A stretch of 64,000 bases of DNA, taken from contig OZ223209.1 in the NCBI GenBank assembly GCA_965140415.1, forward strand, positions 5,088,001 to 5,152,000, given 5' to 3'. Position numbers and translations under genes: made by a program. A model generated the notes under the pieces. That model worked only from the letters and a program-made list of their open reading frames with translations, had not been told where the DNA came from and made no database searches. Shown here piece by piece: positions 31,401 to 40,175 of this stretch. This stretch comes from Myxococcota bacterium (GTDB lineage Bacteria > Myxococcota_A > SURF-8). Position 1 is the first letter of the stretch. The number at the start of each line of letters is the position of its first letter.

Positions 31401-31797
31401 CCAGATGGAGCGTGCGCCGGGAGACTATTCGTTCATATTGCGGGTGATGAAAGACGCCAGTTATCAAGACATCCCGGTCATCAAGCACTACGAATTGACC
31501 GACCACGACGAACTGTCCACCGAACTCGATTTCGTCAGCTTTGCGGTGCACGTGCTGAAAAACGGAGAACCGCTGCCCGATGCGGAAAACAACATGTCCA
31601 GAGGCGACATCGTGCTGCGCGTAACCAACGACTATCTGTTCGTGACCAATTTCGACCTGGGAAAAACGGGGGATGTCAACGAGCTTCTGACCACCGTTCC
31701 GGGCGAATACAGTGCGAACGTCTCCATCGGCTACAGCGACGCCTTCCAGTTCCCACAGTGGGTGTACCTGGAATGCGTGGAGGTTGTCGGTCCCTAA
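28465..31797 (+). CDS. Large lipoprotein: five 8-Cys repeats, DGD linker, tandem beta-sandwich repeats
   Basis: Lipobox LNGC; repeats C..D.DC....VCH....G.C...C....C......CN...RC; C-terminal repeated KNG.P.P....RG motif. Confidence 0.85.
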   Translation: MSRIPNRLAALLFLLTLFCLNGCGMFLENDCPPGWLMNATGDCIDPSSLIPDGDGPETLHPCPEGYFLNGMGYCQQKPDLDKDNADLPDRDPSEFPDGDEDFGHDEPVIDGDSPVHTTPCDSDADCPFGNLCHTDIDGGICWPSCRENWECKVWLNDGFCNSEQRCIHKPADGPCDDDAQCPFGEVCHDQVEGGLCHPLCYREGDCDQIAIEYFCNSENRCAPDPGEEPCERDSDCGLDEVCHLQIGEGECHPECFVSYECNNYGVDEYICNAAQQCIPDPGDDGCEDDYVCEFGNVCHPEVDGGAGRCLATCTDRAFCQAIESSLFCNAYARCTYPPAGAGCVETADCPINSVCHPEAGTDGTCAPPCDSHSDCELIDSNLACNALGRCIPDLVTDGDIVVDGDHQPDGDLDDVPDGDLDLEPEQEEDTTSGCVRLGQGSVYTINIKTAWLTVLATKDGQNYIDPTGQSGIYIRDNTSGMQVKVISNFSDGGTLPPVEIVQGDYNLIAQNRYSQRQTVVNNTIINRDRTIEVPFPFHTITLHLKKNGQPFPLLDQAYRGSLYMVDRSTRRKHFIAETGGDTRDFNIDVFSGSYDILFEGYLANQPNSFQIDTLIDNESVTEDRELILDLETVTLSGSITINGQAPPADEDGRGEVWLINAVKGNRFPFWPLGTTGSVLFERELLADTYFIAYSPQGNDGESYLWREQQPKSWLSNATSVLMDIPRVHVQGQILAAGQPLSNMDHVNLDRGQVYLVDQTSSEQLLLADLGRQGDIDFDLDIGPGLYSYRFEGRLLDNEYFVGRSYPPITHKVVWKTDVEINEDATLSVDLPLLRIHGQLTKNGEALSNGPYAAGEYVTVRRQSTYEDLPILHFGDFTGPSYEALLFPATYDMRYAGSSLMGSFQNFYVYDEFMLTDTQLEFDIDFTSKLLGLTIEQGEAEGTLSDLIDDGVFSYAEVQVVDHTINNRTTGSTLLQNGRFQMERAPGDYSFILRVMKDASYQDIPVIKHYELTDHDELSTELDFVSFAVHVLKNGEPLPDAENNMSRGDIVLRVTNDYLFVTNFDLGKTGDVNELLTTVPGEYSANVSIGYSDAFQFPQWVYLECVEVVGP

Positions 31798-31829
31798 TGG
31801 CGGTGTAAGAAAAGCGGGAGACAAACATC

Positions 31830-32021
31830 ATGCCCGAAAACGCGGAACGCATCGAAGAGTTGCAACAGAAAATCTCGCAGTTGCGGGTGGAATTGCAGGA
31901 TCAGCAGAAAAGCCTGCCCGCGCATTCAATCCGCCCTCATCAACTGATGGCCATCGAGGAAATGGAAGACGAGTTACGGGAGTTGGAAGCGGAGCTTGTA
32001 AAACTTCAAAGCGAAGGATAG
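31830..32021 (+). CDS. Small helix-hairpin/coiled-coil hypothetical protein (63 aa)
   Basis: GGGAG RBS; two heptad helices around LPAHSIRP. Confidence 0.7.
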   Translation: MPENAERIEELQQKISQLRVELQDQQKSLPAHSIRPHQLMAIEEMEDELRELEAELVKLQSEG

Positions 32022-32033
32022 AGCAGATTTCAT

Positions 32034-32158
32034 TCATTTCTGACCATCGAGTAATCGAGATGTGCCATGGTCTCACGGAATGGAAATTCCGGGAGGCCGT
32101 GTCTAACTTATTGAAGACACACAGCCTTCCACTATCTTCGATCGCGTAAGACTATGGC
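32034..32158 (+). repeat. ~125-bp structured dispersed repeat, copy 1
   Basis: CCATCGAGTAATCGAGATGTGCCATGGTCTCACGGAATGGAAATTCCGGGAG...CACACAGCCTTCCAC.ATCTTCGATCGCGTAAG; homologous to 40018-40146 and 58603-58737. Confidence 0.9.
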
Positions 32159-32197
32159 CGGAACCTGTGGCTAAAAATGATTAATAGAGCTTCTATC

Positions 32198-32797
32198 TCA
32201 CAGCACATTCCAGCGACGCTGAATCACCCGCGATACCAGATACAGCAGCAGTCCCACCACCACCACCAATAACAACGAATACGGGTGCTGGGGAAGATAA
32301 CCCAGCGGCATCAATAGCGGTGCAAAGGAAACCAGCGAAGCCACCGCCACCGCCATGGCAATCAGGCGCGAAGCAAGTGCGGAATCGCGAATGTGCGCCA
32401 GGGCGATCGTCCCGGAGATCAGCGCCAGCGTAATGCAGAACAGGTTGCCGCGCTGCTGCCAGGGATCGAACTCCGAAATGGGAACGTTATGGTAGGCGGC
32501 ATACGCCCGCAGACTGGCAAAGCGATACACGAACGCCGCCGATGAAAGCAATAACGCCAGCATCAGCTTCCAACTGAAACGGCGTCCCTGGATCAGCGGA
32601 TAGCGTTTCCCGCGCAAGGTCACGGTAGGCGGATGCTCCATCGTGCGCATAAAAATCCCCAACGCGCAGAACAGAAAAATGGCCAGAGTCGCTTCCTGCG
32701 CCTGCAACAGCCACTGCCAGTATGGAGCGGGAAGACGCTTGGCCAACCCCAGCATCAAGAATGTGGCGGTTGCGCTTCCCAACATGACATACAGCAT
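32198..32797 (-). CDS. Hypothetical integral membrane protein
   Basis: About 6 hydrophobic segments; GGAGA RBS. Confidence 0.7.
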   Translation of the reverse strand: MLYVMLGSATATFLMLGLAKRLPAPYWQWLLQAQEATLAIFLFCALGIFMRTMEHPPTVTLRGKRYPLIQGRRFSWKLMLALLLSSAAFVYRFASLRAYAAYHNVPISEFDPWQQRGNLFCITLALISGTIALAHIRDSALASRLIAMAVAVASLVSFAPLLMPLGYLPQHPYSLLLVVVVGLLLYLVSRVIQRRWNVL

Positions 32798-32867
32798 ACA
32801 CTTCTCCGTGGGCCATCTACCCGGTTCTTCAAGTACGGTGACCTCTTCTCGTCACCGCCTGCGTTTC

Positions 32868-35015
32868 TTACATCCGGCTGAACACCGTCACCCGGTTTCG
32901 GCCCGTTCGTTTAGAGTGATACAAGGCGCTGTCCGCCTTTTCGAGCAGCTCATCCTCGTTTCTCGAATCGTAGGGGAATAAGGCGATACCGATGGAAATC
33001 GACACCTGAAATTCTCCCATCTCCGTATCGAATACGAGTTCCGAAACTTTCTCGCGCAGTTCCTCGCCCTTGGCCACCGCCGCACTCTCGCCGGTCGCAT
33101 CCAGCAGCACCACGAACTCTTCGCCGCCGTAACGCGCCACCAGATCGATTTTACGCATGGACTCCCGCAACGTACGCGCCACCTGCTTCAACACCAGATC
33201 CCCAACCGGATGGCCATAGGTATCGTTGACCCGCTTGAAATGGTCGATGTCCATCATCAACAGCGACATGGCGTCGTCGTGCCGCTCGGCGCGCGAGAGC
33301 AGTTCGTCGATACGCTGCTGGAAGTGGCGCTTGTTGTACAGATTCGTCAAACCGTCGGTAATGGCCATGCGCTCGACCTTCTGATAGTTCTGCGCATTCT
33401 CCATACTGACGGCGATCTGGTTGGAGAGAATCTCGTAAATGTGCCGAAGATCGGTGGTAAAGAAATCCTGCTCCGAACTGATCAGCGCCAACGCGCCTAC
33501 GGTCTGTGCAGCCACGTTCAACGGCACGATCAACAGCGAAGCGACTTCGGCCAGTTTTTCCTCGCGCGTGAAGATGGTGGGGCGGCGCGGCAGGGAGTTG
33601 AAATCCTGGTAAACCAGCGTTTGGTTTTTACGCACGACCCAGTTGATCAGGTTGTTACCGGCGTCGAAAGTCACTCCCAATAGCCCGTTATTTTCCGGCC
33701 AACTGGCCACCACTTCATATTCCTGCTCGCTTTGCCCGACCATCACGATCGTACCCATATCGTACGGCGCAATATCGTGGGTGGTTTTCAGCGCGACTTT
33801 GAGTACGTCGGCGGCGTCCAGGGTTTTCGACAACGCCTTGGAGGCGGCGGCCAGGTGGAAATATTCGTTCTGACTCTTCTCCAGACCGCGCAGAATGTTT
33901 TCGTTGATCATGGCGCGCCGGATCTGCTGCGAACCGATGCGGATCGTCTCCGCTTCCGTTTCGCTGAATTCCCGCTCGACCTGTCGATCCACGGCCAATA
34001 CGCCCAGCAGCTTGTCATCGTGGCGGATCGGCACCCCGCAGAAGGCGTACAAGTCCTGCTGCGTGCGATAGTAGCCGATCTGGTTGCGCGTCCATTCCGA
34101 GCAGGTCAGACGCACCGGCACGGTGGAAGTCAATACACCATGCAGCACCCCGGAACCAGCATCGAACTCATCGTGATTGATCGTGCGCGAACTGGCCGTG
34201 TAGGCTTCCACCACACGCAAGGTGTTGCGCTTGGCGTCGTACCACAGCGCCACGGCGGTATGAGCTTCGTGCGAGATCCCCAGAAAGCGCAGCAGATCCT
34301 GCAACACATCGTGGATTTCGAAATAGGCGGACAGATCGTGCCTGCGCTCGCTTTCCGGGTTGGACTGTCCCAGGCTTTCGATGCCCAACTGACGAAAGTG
34401 GCGCGCTTCGCGCTCGATATCGCCCAGCATGTAAGCCACCTGCTGGCGTGCCTTTTCGGTTGCGGCTCCACCTCCAAAGCGCGTAAGCACCCGGCTGAGC
34501 GAAGCGAAAAGCAACAGAAAGAACACATGGGAAACAATCACCGCCAGGTTCTGCATCAACAGATCGGTGAATAGCGGCACCGTCACTTCAAATAACAACG
34601 CCAGCGCCAAATAAATCAGCGCCGCTTTGCGCGTGTGAATGGTGCACAACACCGCCATGGCCAGATAGACCAGCGGTACAAAGGGAGAAGTGGGACCGCC
34701 GGTGATCGTAACCTGCAAATACAGAAACGCAATCGCCAGCACACCGCTTTCGATGGATCGCAGCGGTCCCAGTTGCTGTTTGCGTTCGTGAATGTAGGCG
34801 TAACCCAAATAGGCCAGCCGTCCGACGAAATAGAATGTCAGCGCCAATGCCAGCAGCAGGCTGACATAGCCCGTTTGCAGCGGCGTGCTGATCGCTCCGG
34901 TGGCCAGCAAGACGTACAGAACCAGCACCAGTACGAAAGAAGCGGTGCGCTCCGCCCATATCAATGCTTTTCTTGCCGGGGGGACAGACTCGTTTCGACT
35001 CATCGCGGCGCTCAT
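32868..35015 (-). CDS. Membrane-bound diguanylate cyclase with two GAF domains
   Basis: N-terminal TM region, two GAF-like segments, DGLTNLYN, DIDHFKRVNDTYGHPVGD, RKID I-site, RYGGEEF; ATG overlaps upstream TGA (ATGA). Confidence 0.93.
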   Translation of the reverse strand: MSAAMSRNESVPPARKALIWAERTASFVLVLVLYVLLATGAISTPLQTGYVSLLLALALTFYFVGRLAYLGYAYIHERKQQLGPLRSIESGVLAIAFLYLQVTITGGPTSPFVPLVYLAMAVLCTIHTRKAALIYLALALLFEVTVPLFTDLLMQNLAVIVSHVFFLLLFASLSRVLTRFGGGAATEKARQQVAYMLGDIEREARHFRQLGIESLGQSNPESERRHDLSAYFEIHDVLQDLLRFLGISHEAHTAVALWYDAKRNTLRVVEAYTASSRTINHDEFDAGSGVLHGVLTSTVPVRLTCSEWTRNQIGYYRTQQDLYAFCGVPIRHDDKLLGVLAVDRQVEREFSETEAETIRIGSQQIRRAMINENILRGLEKSQNEYFHLAAASKALSKTLDAADVLKVALKTTHDIAPYDMGTIVMVGQSEQEYEVVASWPENNGLLGVTFDAGNNLINWVVRKNQTLVYQDFNSLPRRPTIFTREEKLAEVASLLIVPLNVAAQTVGALALISSEQDFFTTDLRHIYEILSNQIAVSMENAQNYQKVERMAITDGLTNLYNKRHFQQRIDELLSRAERHDDAMSLLMMDIDHFKRVNDTYGHPVGDLVLKQVARTLRESMRKIDLVARYGGEEFVVLLDATGESAAVAKGEELREKVSELVFDTEMGEFQVSISIGIALFPYDSRNEDELLEKADSALYHSKRTGRNRVTVFSRM

Positions 35016-35821
35016 CGAACGAAACGTGCCGCCAGATATCCAACGACGTAATCGGTGCGCCCCGAAACTTCGGCACTGGTCGTATAGCCAACCTGTTCGG
35101 CGCGACTGGCTCCCAATAGCTTGGCGGTCTCGATGGCCACAGCGGTCGGGATATAACCGCACATGGTGATACTATGCTGCTGTACCGCCTGATACAACCC
35201 TTCCGCATTCATCCCCAATACCTGTTCGCGCGCCAGCGTGTCGTTGGTGCGCACCCGCTCCGGGTCGGATTCGTGGCTCATATCGGTACTGGCGACAATC
35301 AGGGTTTTGCGTGAGTCCGTGCGGATGGCCTCTGCCAATGTCTTGGAGAATTCGCGCGCCTCCTCAAGCGACAGGTGCCCCAGTCGAATAGGTACCAGTT
35401 CGGCGTTGGGATTGCGGAACTGAATGAAAGGCAATTGGATTTCGATGGCGTGCTCCAGACTGTGACCCTCGTAGTCCTCCTGCAAGAATTCACTTTTCTC
35501 AAGAAGACTCTTACAGAACGCGCTATCCACCGGCATGTCTCCAAGCGGCGTCGTCCAGTGGCCTTCGGCCCAGATTCCGGCCTTGCCTCCTCCCGCATGA
35601 TGCGTCGGGCAAAGCACTACCACCCGCGGTGGAACCTCGACTTCGCCGTACAGTTTTCCCGCCGTCGCTCCCGAAAAGACCCAGCCTGCATGCGGAACGA
35701 TCACCGCCAGAGCATCCTTTGGCAACCGATCCGACTCGATGTATCGCTCAAGCGACCGAGTCACCTGCTCTTTACTGCTAGGATACCATCCCTGGAAAGC
35801 AAATATGGGTTCACGCTTCAT
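35012..35821 (-). CDS. MEMO1 family protein (AmmeMemoRadiSam system protein B)
   Basis: PHAGWVFSG, PTHH, WTTPLG, EHAIEIQLPF, ASTDMSH, TMCG, VVGY. Confidence 0.92.
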   Translation of the reverse strand: MKREPIFAFQGWYPSSKEQVTRSLERYIESDRLPKDALAVIVPHAGWVFSGATAGKLYGEVEVPPRVVVLCPTHHAGGGKAGIWAEGHWTTPLGDMPVDSAFCKSLLEKSEFLQEDYEGHSLEHAIEIQLPFIQFRNPNAELVPIRLGHLSLEEAREFSKTLAEAIRTDSRKTLIVASTDMSHESDPERVRTNDTLAREQVLGMNAEGLYQAVQQHSITMCGYIPTAVAIETAKLLGASRAEQVGYTTSAEVSGRTDYVVGYLAARFVR

Positions 35822-35837
35822 GATCACCAGCCTCCGA

Positions 35838-36248
35838 TCAATTCTCTTGTGTCGCAATCGCCAGTTTGGAAAAACCGGCGTTTTTTGCAATATCCATCAC
35901 TTTTACCACCAATCCGTGAAAGACCTCCTGGTCCGCCTGGACGATAACGGTGGCATTGGGGTTATCGGCTTGCGCCGCCTCAAGTAATGCAGACAATTCC
36001 TGCTCGCTGACTTTTTTGTGCCGGAATACGATCTCGCCCTCTTCGTCAACTGCAATCGTAACATCCGAAGGCTGCGCCTGGGTGTCGCTGCTACTGGCCT
36101 TGGGCAGATCCACTTCCAAACCGGGACTGTTGACAAAAGTTGTTGTAATCATAAAGAATATCAACAGCAAAAAAACCACGTCGATCAGCGGCGTCACATC
36201 CACAATCACGTCGATTCGGCGACGATTCTGTTCGGGATGAAAGTTCAC
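35838..36248 (-). CDS. exbD: ExbD/TolR family biopolymer transport protein
   Basis: VTPLIDVVFLLLIFFM, VDLPKA, QAD..V.HG.VVKVMD. Confidence 0.92.
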   Translation of the reverse strand: MNFHPEQNRRRIDVIVDVTPLIDVVFLLLIFFMITTTFVNSPGLEVDLPKASSSDTQAQPSDVTIAVDEEGEIVFRHKKVSEQELSALLEAAQADNPNATVIVQADQEVFHGLVVKVMDIAKNAGFSKLAIATQEN

Positions 36249-36252
36249 GTCA

Positions 36253-36855
36253 TCACTCCTTGGCCATCTCGTCGGCGGCCTGAAGCGAGATTTCCTCCAT
36301 CTCCAACACCAAACGATCCACCCGCCCCAGCAGGTAACGATACCCGACGTAGGCCGGAATCGCTACCACCAATCCGGCGGCGGTGGTGATCAACGCTTCC
36401 CAGATACCCGAAGCCAATACGCGCGGATCGCCCACGCCTTCGGTGGTGACTTTCTGGAAAACCTCGATCATACCGGTCACGGTGCCCAGCAGGCCCATCA
36501 ACGGACTGATCGCCGCGATGGTGCCCATGGCATTGACATAGCGCTCCAAACTCGCGGTAACGCTTTTGCCGGTTTCCTCCATCAATTCCTTGATCTGCTC
36601 GCGAGTTTTACCCGCATTGCGCACCCCGGTCAACAGCACCACTGAAATAGCCGAGCGACTCTGTTCGCACAGCACCGCTGCTTCGGAGTATTTGTGATTG
36701 GAAATCTGCTCGCGTACGGCATTGAGCAAGCGCTGCGGTACAACCTTTTCCCGGCGCAGGGATACCAATCGTTCCAGAAAAATCGCCAGCGCCAGAACGC
36801 CCGCCGCCGCGATAAACGCCATCAACGGGCCACCCTTCATTAAAATCTCCAACAT
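36253..36855 (-). CDS. exbB: MotA/TolQ/ExbB proton channel family protein
   Basis: GGPLM, SPLMGLLGTVTGMI, GIWEALITTAAGLVVAIP. Confidence 0.92.
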   Translation of the reverse strand: MLEILMKGGPLMAFIAAAGVLALAIFLERLVSLRREKVVPQRLLNAVREQISNHKYSEAAVLCEQSRSAISVVLLTGVRNAGKTREQIKELMEETGKSVTASLERYVNAMGTIAAISPLMGLLGTVTGMIEVFQKVTTEGVGDPRVLASGIWEALITTAAGLVVAIPAYVGYRYLLGRVDRLVLEMEEISLQAADEMAKE

Positions 36856-36879
36856 ACGGCTACTCCTGTTTGCCGAACG

Positions 36880-37500
36880 TTACGGCTTTGGCAGAGTCTT
36901 GTCCAGTTTCTTATTCAATTCCTTGAAATCCACGTTTCCGGAATAAGCTTCAACCAGGCGACCTTTGGGATCGATTAGTAATTTTGCAGGAATTTCAGTT
37001 ATATACCCCCAAGGAGTTTTACTTTCCCGCGTTTCTCCCGCCGCCAGGTACACATCGTAATCCAAGTCGAAACTCTCTACAAACGCTTCGGTCATCAATC
37101 GTCCCTGCATATCCAGTGAAACCCCGACAACCGTGAACCCACGCGACTTGTACTGATCGTACAACTCCTTTAGCTGCGGCGCATGATAGGCACTTAAGTC
37201 CGCGTAAGTCGTAAAGAAATCAATTAATAACCACTGTCCCTGATAACGACTGAGGTTCACAGGGCGACCTTTCAGGGTCATGACATCCAGTCGGGACGGT
37301 TCGTACACGCGGGGCAGATCGGATTCTTGCCCGCGATTCAGGCGACTGCTGTCTTCCGTCAATCCCAGCCGCGCCGCAAGTTGCTCGGAAGTAGGCGGCG
37401 GCGTCCGTCTGGAACGCTTCGACGGCGCACTTTGACATGCAGAAACTCCCAGCGCCAGTAAAAACACCACCATTGTGCAAACGATCCACATCCGCTGCAT
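36880..37500 (-). CDS. TlpA/ResA-like thioredoxin-fold lipoprotein lacking the CxxC motif
   Basis: Lipobox VSAC; LSRYQGQWLLIDFFTTYADLS..P.LKELY..Y..RGFTVVGVSLD, IP..LLIDPKGR. Confidence 0.8.
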   Translation of the reverse strand: MQRMWIVCTMVVFLLALGVSACQSAPSKRSRRTPPPTSEQLAARLGLTEDSSRLNRGQESDLPRVYEPSRLDVMTLKGRPVNLSRYQGQWLLIDFFTTYADLSAYHAPQLKELYDQYKSRGFTVVGVSLDMQGRLMTEAFVESFDLDYDVYLAAGETRESKTPWGYITEIPAKLLIDPKGRLVEAYSGNVDFKELNKKLDKTLPKP

Positions 37501-37691
37501 TCAGCGCCTCCCTCATCAATGTCGACGGATTTTAACATAATCCTTCTCGGATGCACGAAAAATCCTGTATGCATTCAAGCCACACGATGAATGCCGCTTT
37601 TGATGCCACCAATCGTTCTTGCCTGAAACGGATAAATATCCATTGATTACATTGGCAACTAGTTCATATTATTATGCTTACAGTATTCTCC

Positions 37692-37721
37692 TTGACATAA
37701 ACCGAACACTTCCCTTAAGAT
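37692..37721 (+). promoter_or_regulatory. Sigma70-type promoter
   Basis: TTGACA-18 bp-TAAGAT upstream of ATG 37801. Confidence 0.5.
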
Positions 37722-37800
37722 AGTATGTTATTGGGAGGCCACGTATACCCTTGAAATTCGATCATGCGGTGCGTCATTTCCGGAAGCTGGAGGATTTGTA

Positions 37801-39858
37801 ATGAAAACGAGAGAAGTAGGGATTTCTTTGCTGATCGCCTTGTTGCTGCTGGCTCTGATGGTGAGCTGTAGCGACTCCGAGTCCGATATCCCCGACGGGG
37901 ACGGAAGCGGCGATTGTACGATTACCGGCTGCGATCAAGGTTACACCTGTCGCGATGGAATTTGCATCCAGAGCAGCTGCAACCTGACCGGCTGCGATTT
38001 TGGATACGTCTGCCAGAACAACGTATGCGTTGTAGGTTCCAGCACCGATGGCGACGGCACCGTAGATGGCGACCAGATTATCTGGCCGGATGACGATTCC
38101 ATTGTAGATGGTGACGGCACCGTAGATGGCGATGGCACGGTAGATGGCGACGGCACGGTCGACGGCGATGGCACCGTAGACGGCGACAACGTCGTGGTGG
38201 ATGGCGACATCGACTATGCGGAACCGGATATCGACTTCGGCTACGACATGAAACCCTGCGATAGTAACGCTTCGCTGCAAACCCCGGCAATCGGCGTTAC
38301 GCCAAACCGCGCGGATTTCGGAGCGGTTCCCTTTGGTGAATCCCATACCATCGATTTGTGGGTCTGTAACTCCGGTGGTGTCGACTTGCATATTTCCAGC
38401 TTGCAGTTCTCCGACGGTACCAGCCATGAGTTCTATAAATTCCACGACACGCTTCCTTTAACGATTCCGGGCGGTTATGCTGCGCCGATCCACCTGATGT
38501 ACATTCCCGCCGACTTCGTTGAAGACAGCGGCGAACTGATAATCTTAAGCGACGACCCCAACTCCGCCCATGTGGAAATCCCCTTGATTACGCGCATCAA
38601 ACCGACGCCGCTGATCGAGGTCAATCCACACGTGATGCAGTTTGCCGGTGCCTTGCCCGGCCAGACCGTCACCCGGCTGTTGGAAGTGAAAAACGTTGGC
38701 CTGGCACAGACTTCCGTGCTGGATCTGCAATTCGCCCTGGGAGATCAATCTCCGTTTACGGTAGAAAGTGTCACCAAAGCAGGCGGACAGCCTTCCAGTG
38801 CGCCCTGGGTTTTGCAATCCGAGGAATTTCTAACAGTGACCATCGTCATGCTGATGGGAGATGAACCAGCAGACGATGTCCTAACCGTGCCCTGGACCAC
38901 CGATACCGGAGTTAAGGAAACACGTGTGGATCTGAGTCCCAGTGGAATCGCAATCTGTGCAGTGGCCATTGCGGAACCGGATCAGACCGTGCGTCCTTTG
39001 GATACGGTCTATCTGGATGGTTCGCAATCCTACGATGACAACGGCACAATCGTCGCGTACAAATGGGAATGGGAAACCAAACCCGAAGACGCCTATCGCG
39101 CCATCATCATGGACAGCAACAACAACAACATTCAAGGTCAGTGGACCGACGAAATGCACCCGCATTTCTATGCGGAACTGGCCGGAACCTATGTCGTGCG
39201 CCTGACGGTGCAGGATGAAGACGGCGAAAACTGCACCGGTTTGTACGCCGATACGGTCACGATTGTTGCGGTGCCGGATGAAACCATTCACGTTCAGTTG
39301 ATGTGGTCCACCGGCAATAACGACCACGACCTTCACTTGGTCAAGCCGGGCGGTTTCCACTCCCGTAACTGCTCCGACGGCAACCAGACCGACTGTCACT
39401 GGTGCAACTGCGCCTCTGAAGAATATGCCACCACCAACTGCCCACCGCGTGGCTGTCCGGGTCCGAGCGACGCTCCCGACTGGGGCATCATCGGCCTGCG
39501 CGACGACGACCCGACCCTGGACATCGACGACATCCCCGGTCGCGGACCGGAGAACACCAACTTGTCGATGCCCGAACTGGGCCGCTATCTCGTGTCGGTG
39601 GAGAACTACTCCGGCGGCAGCAGCGTTTCGGTAACGGTGCGTATCTGGCTGTTCGGTGTACTGATGGGCACCTTCCGTTACGGACCTCCGTACACGCCTT
39701 CCGGCTTCCCTTCCGGCAACCACTGGAATGTGTGTAACCTGGTGGTCAACGATCCGACCGATATTACCATCGAGCCGCTGGGCACGGTGGAAGTTTCCTC
39801 CTCGCGCGGCGGTGGCGGCGGCGGTTCGTTCATGGAAGAAGAATTCTACCAGAAGTAA
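37801..39858 (+). CDS. Surface lipoprotein: Cys-rich repeats, DGDGTV tract, two ASH/Ig-like domains, PKD-like domain, C-terminal DUF2135/YfaP-like domain
   Basis: Lipobox VSC; DFGAV..G...V.NSG, LDGSQSYD..G.IVAYKW, QLMW...DHDLHL..P, LDIDD..GRGPEN. Confidence 0.85.
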   Translation: MKTREVGISLLIALLLLALMVSCSDSESDIPDGDGSGDCTITGCDQGYTCRDGICIQSSCNLTGCDFGYVCQNNVCVVGSSTDGDGTVDGDQIIWPDDDSIVDGDGTVDGDGTVDGDGTVDGDGTVDGDNVVVDGDIDYAEPDIDFGYDMKPCDSNASLQTPAIGVTPNRADFGAVPFGESHTIDLWVCNSGGVDLHISSLQFSDGTSHEFYKFHDTLPLTIPGGYAAPIHLMYIPADFVEDSGELIILSDDPNSAHVEIPLITRIKPTPLIEVNPHVMQFAGALPGQTVTRLLEVKNVGLAQTSVLDLQFALGDQSPFTVESVTKAGGQPSSAPWVLQSEEFLTVTIVMLMGDEPADDVLTVPWTTDTGVKETRVDLSPSGIAICAVAIAEPDQTVRPLDTVYLDGSQSYDDNGTIVAYKWEWETKPEDAYRAIIMDSNNNNIQGQWTDEMHPHFYAELAGTYVVRLTVQDEDGENCTGLYADTVTIVAVPDETIHVQLMWSTGNNDHDLHLVKPGGFHSRNCSDGNQTDCHWCNCASEEYATTNCPPRGCPGPSDAPDWGIIGLRDDDPTLDIDDIPGRGPENTNLSMPELGRYLVSVENYSGGSSVSVTVRIWLFGVLMGTFRYGPPYTPSGFPSGNHWNVCNLVVNDPTDITIEPLGTVEVSSSRGGGGGGSFMEEEFYQK

Positions 39859-39880
39859 CCGGTACCATTGCTAACATGGC

Positions 39881-39911
39881 ACGGCCCGTCGAATTCGACG
39901 GGCCGTTTTTT
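39881..39911 (+). terminator. Rho-independent terminator
   Basis: Perfect palindrome ACGGCCCGTCGAATTCGACGGGCCGT followed by TTTTT. Confidence 0.85.
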
Positions 39912-40017
39912 GTGATGCAAGAACTCCGCGCGATGTAACAATGTCGGACAGATATTCTATCCTACATGAATTGGATTGTCGGTCAGAAAACCTGACCGAC
40001 CTACAGCTACTAATTTG

Positions 40018-40146
40018 AAGAATGTCTGCCACAGTCTTACGCGATCGAAGATCGTGGAAGGCTGTGTGATTTCTTGTGGTTAGACACGGTCTCCCGGAAT
40101 TTCCATTCCGTGAAACCATGGCACATCTTGATTACTCGATGGACAG
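40018..40146 (-). repeat. ~125-bp structured dispersed repeat, copy 2 (inverted)
   Basis: Reverse complement CTGTCCATCGAGTAATCAAGATGTGCCATGGTTTCACGGAATGGAAATTCCGGGAGACCGTGTCTAACC...GCCTTCCACGATCTTCGATCGCGTAAGACTGTGGCAGACATTCTT. Confidence 0.9.
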
Positions 40147-40175
40147 GCCGGGTAGGGTACAGTGTACCCGACATT

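Noticed and set aside
37190-37222. Selenocysteine explanation for the missing CxxC in the TlpA-like protein
   Set aside because: The codons are GCG and AGT; there is no in-frame TGA.
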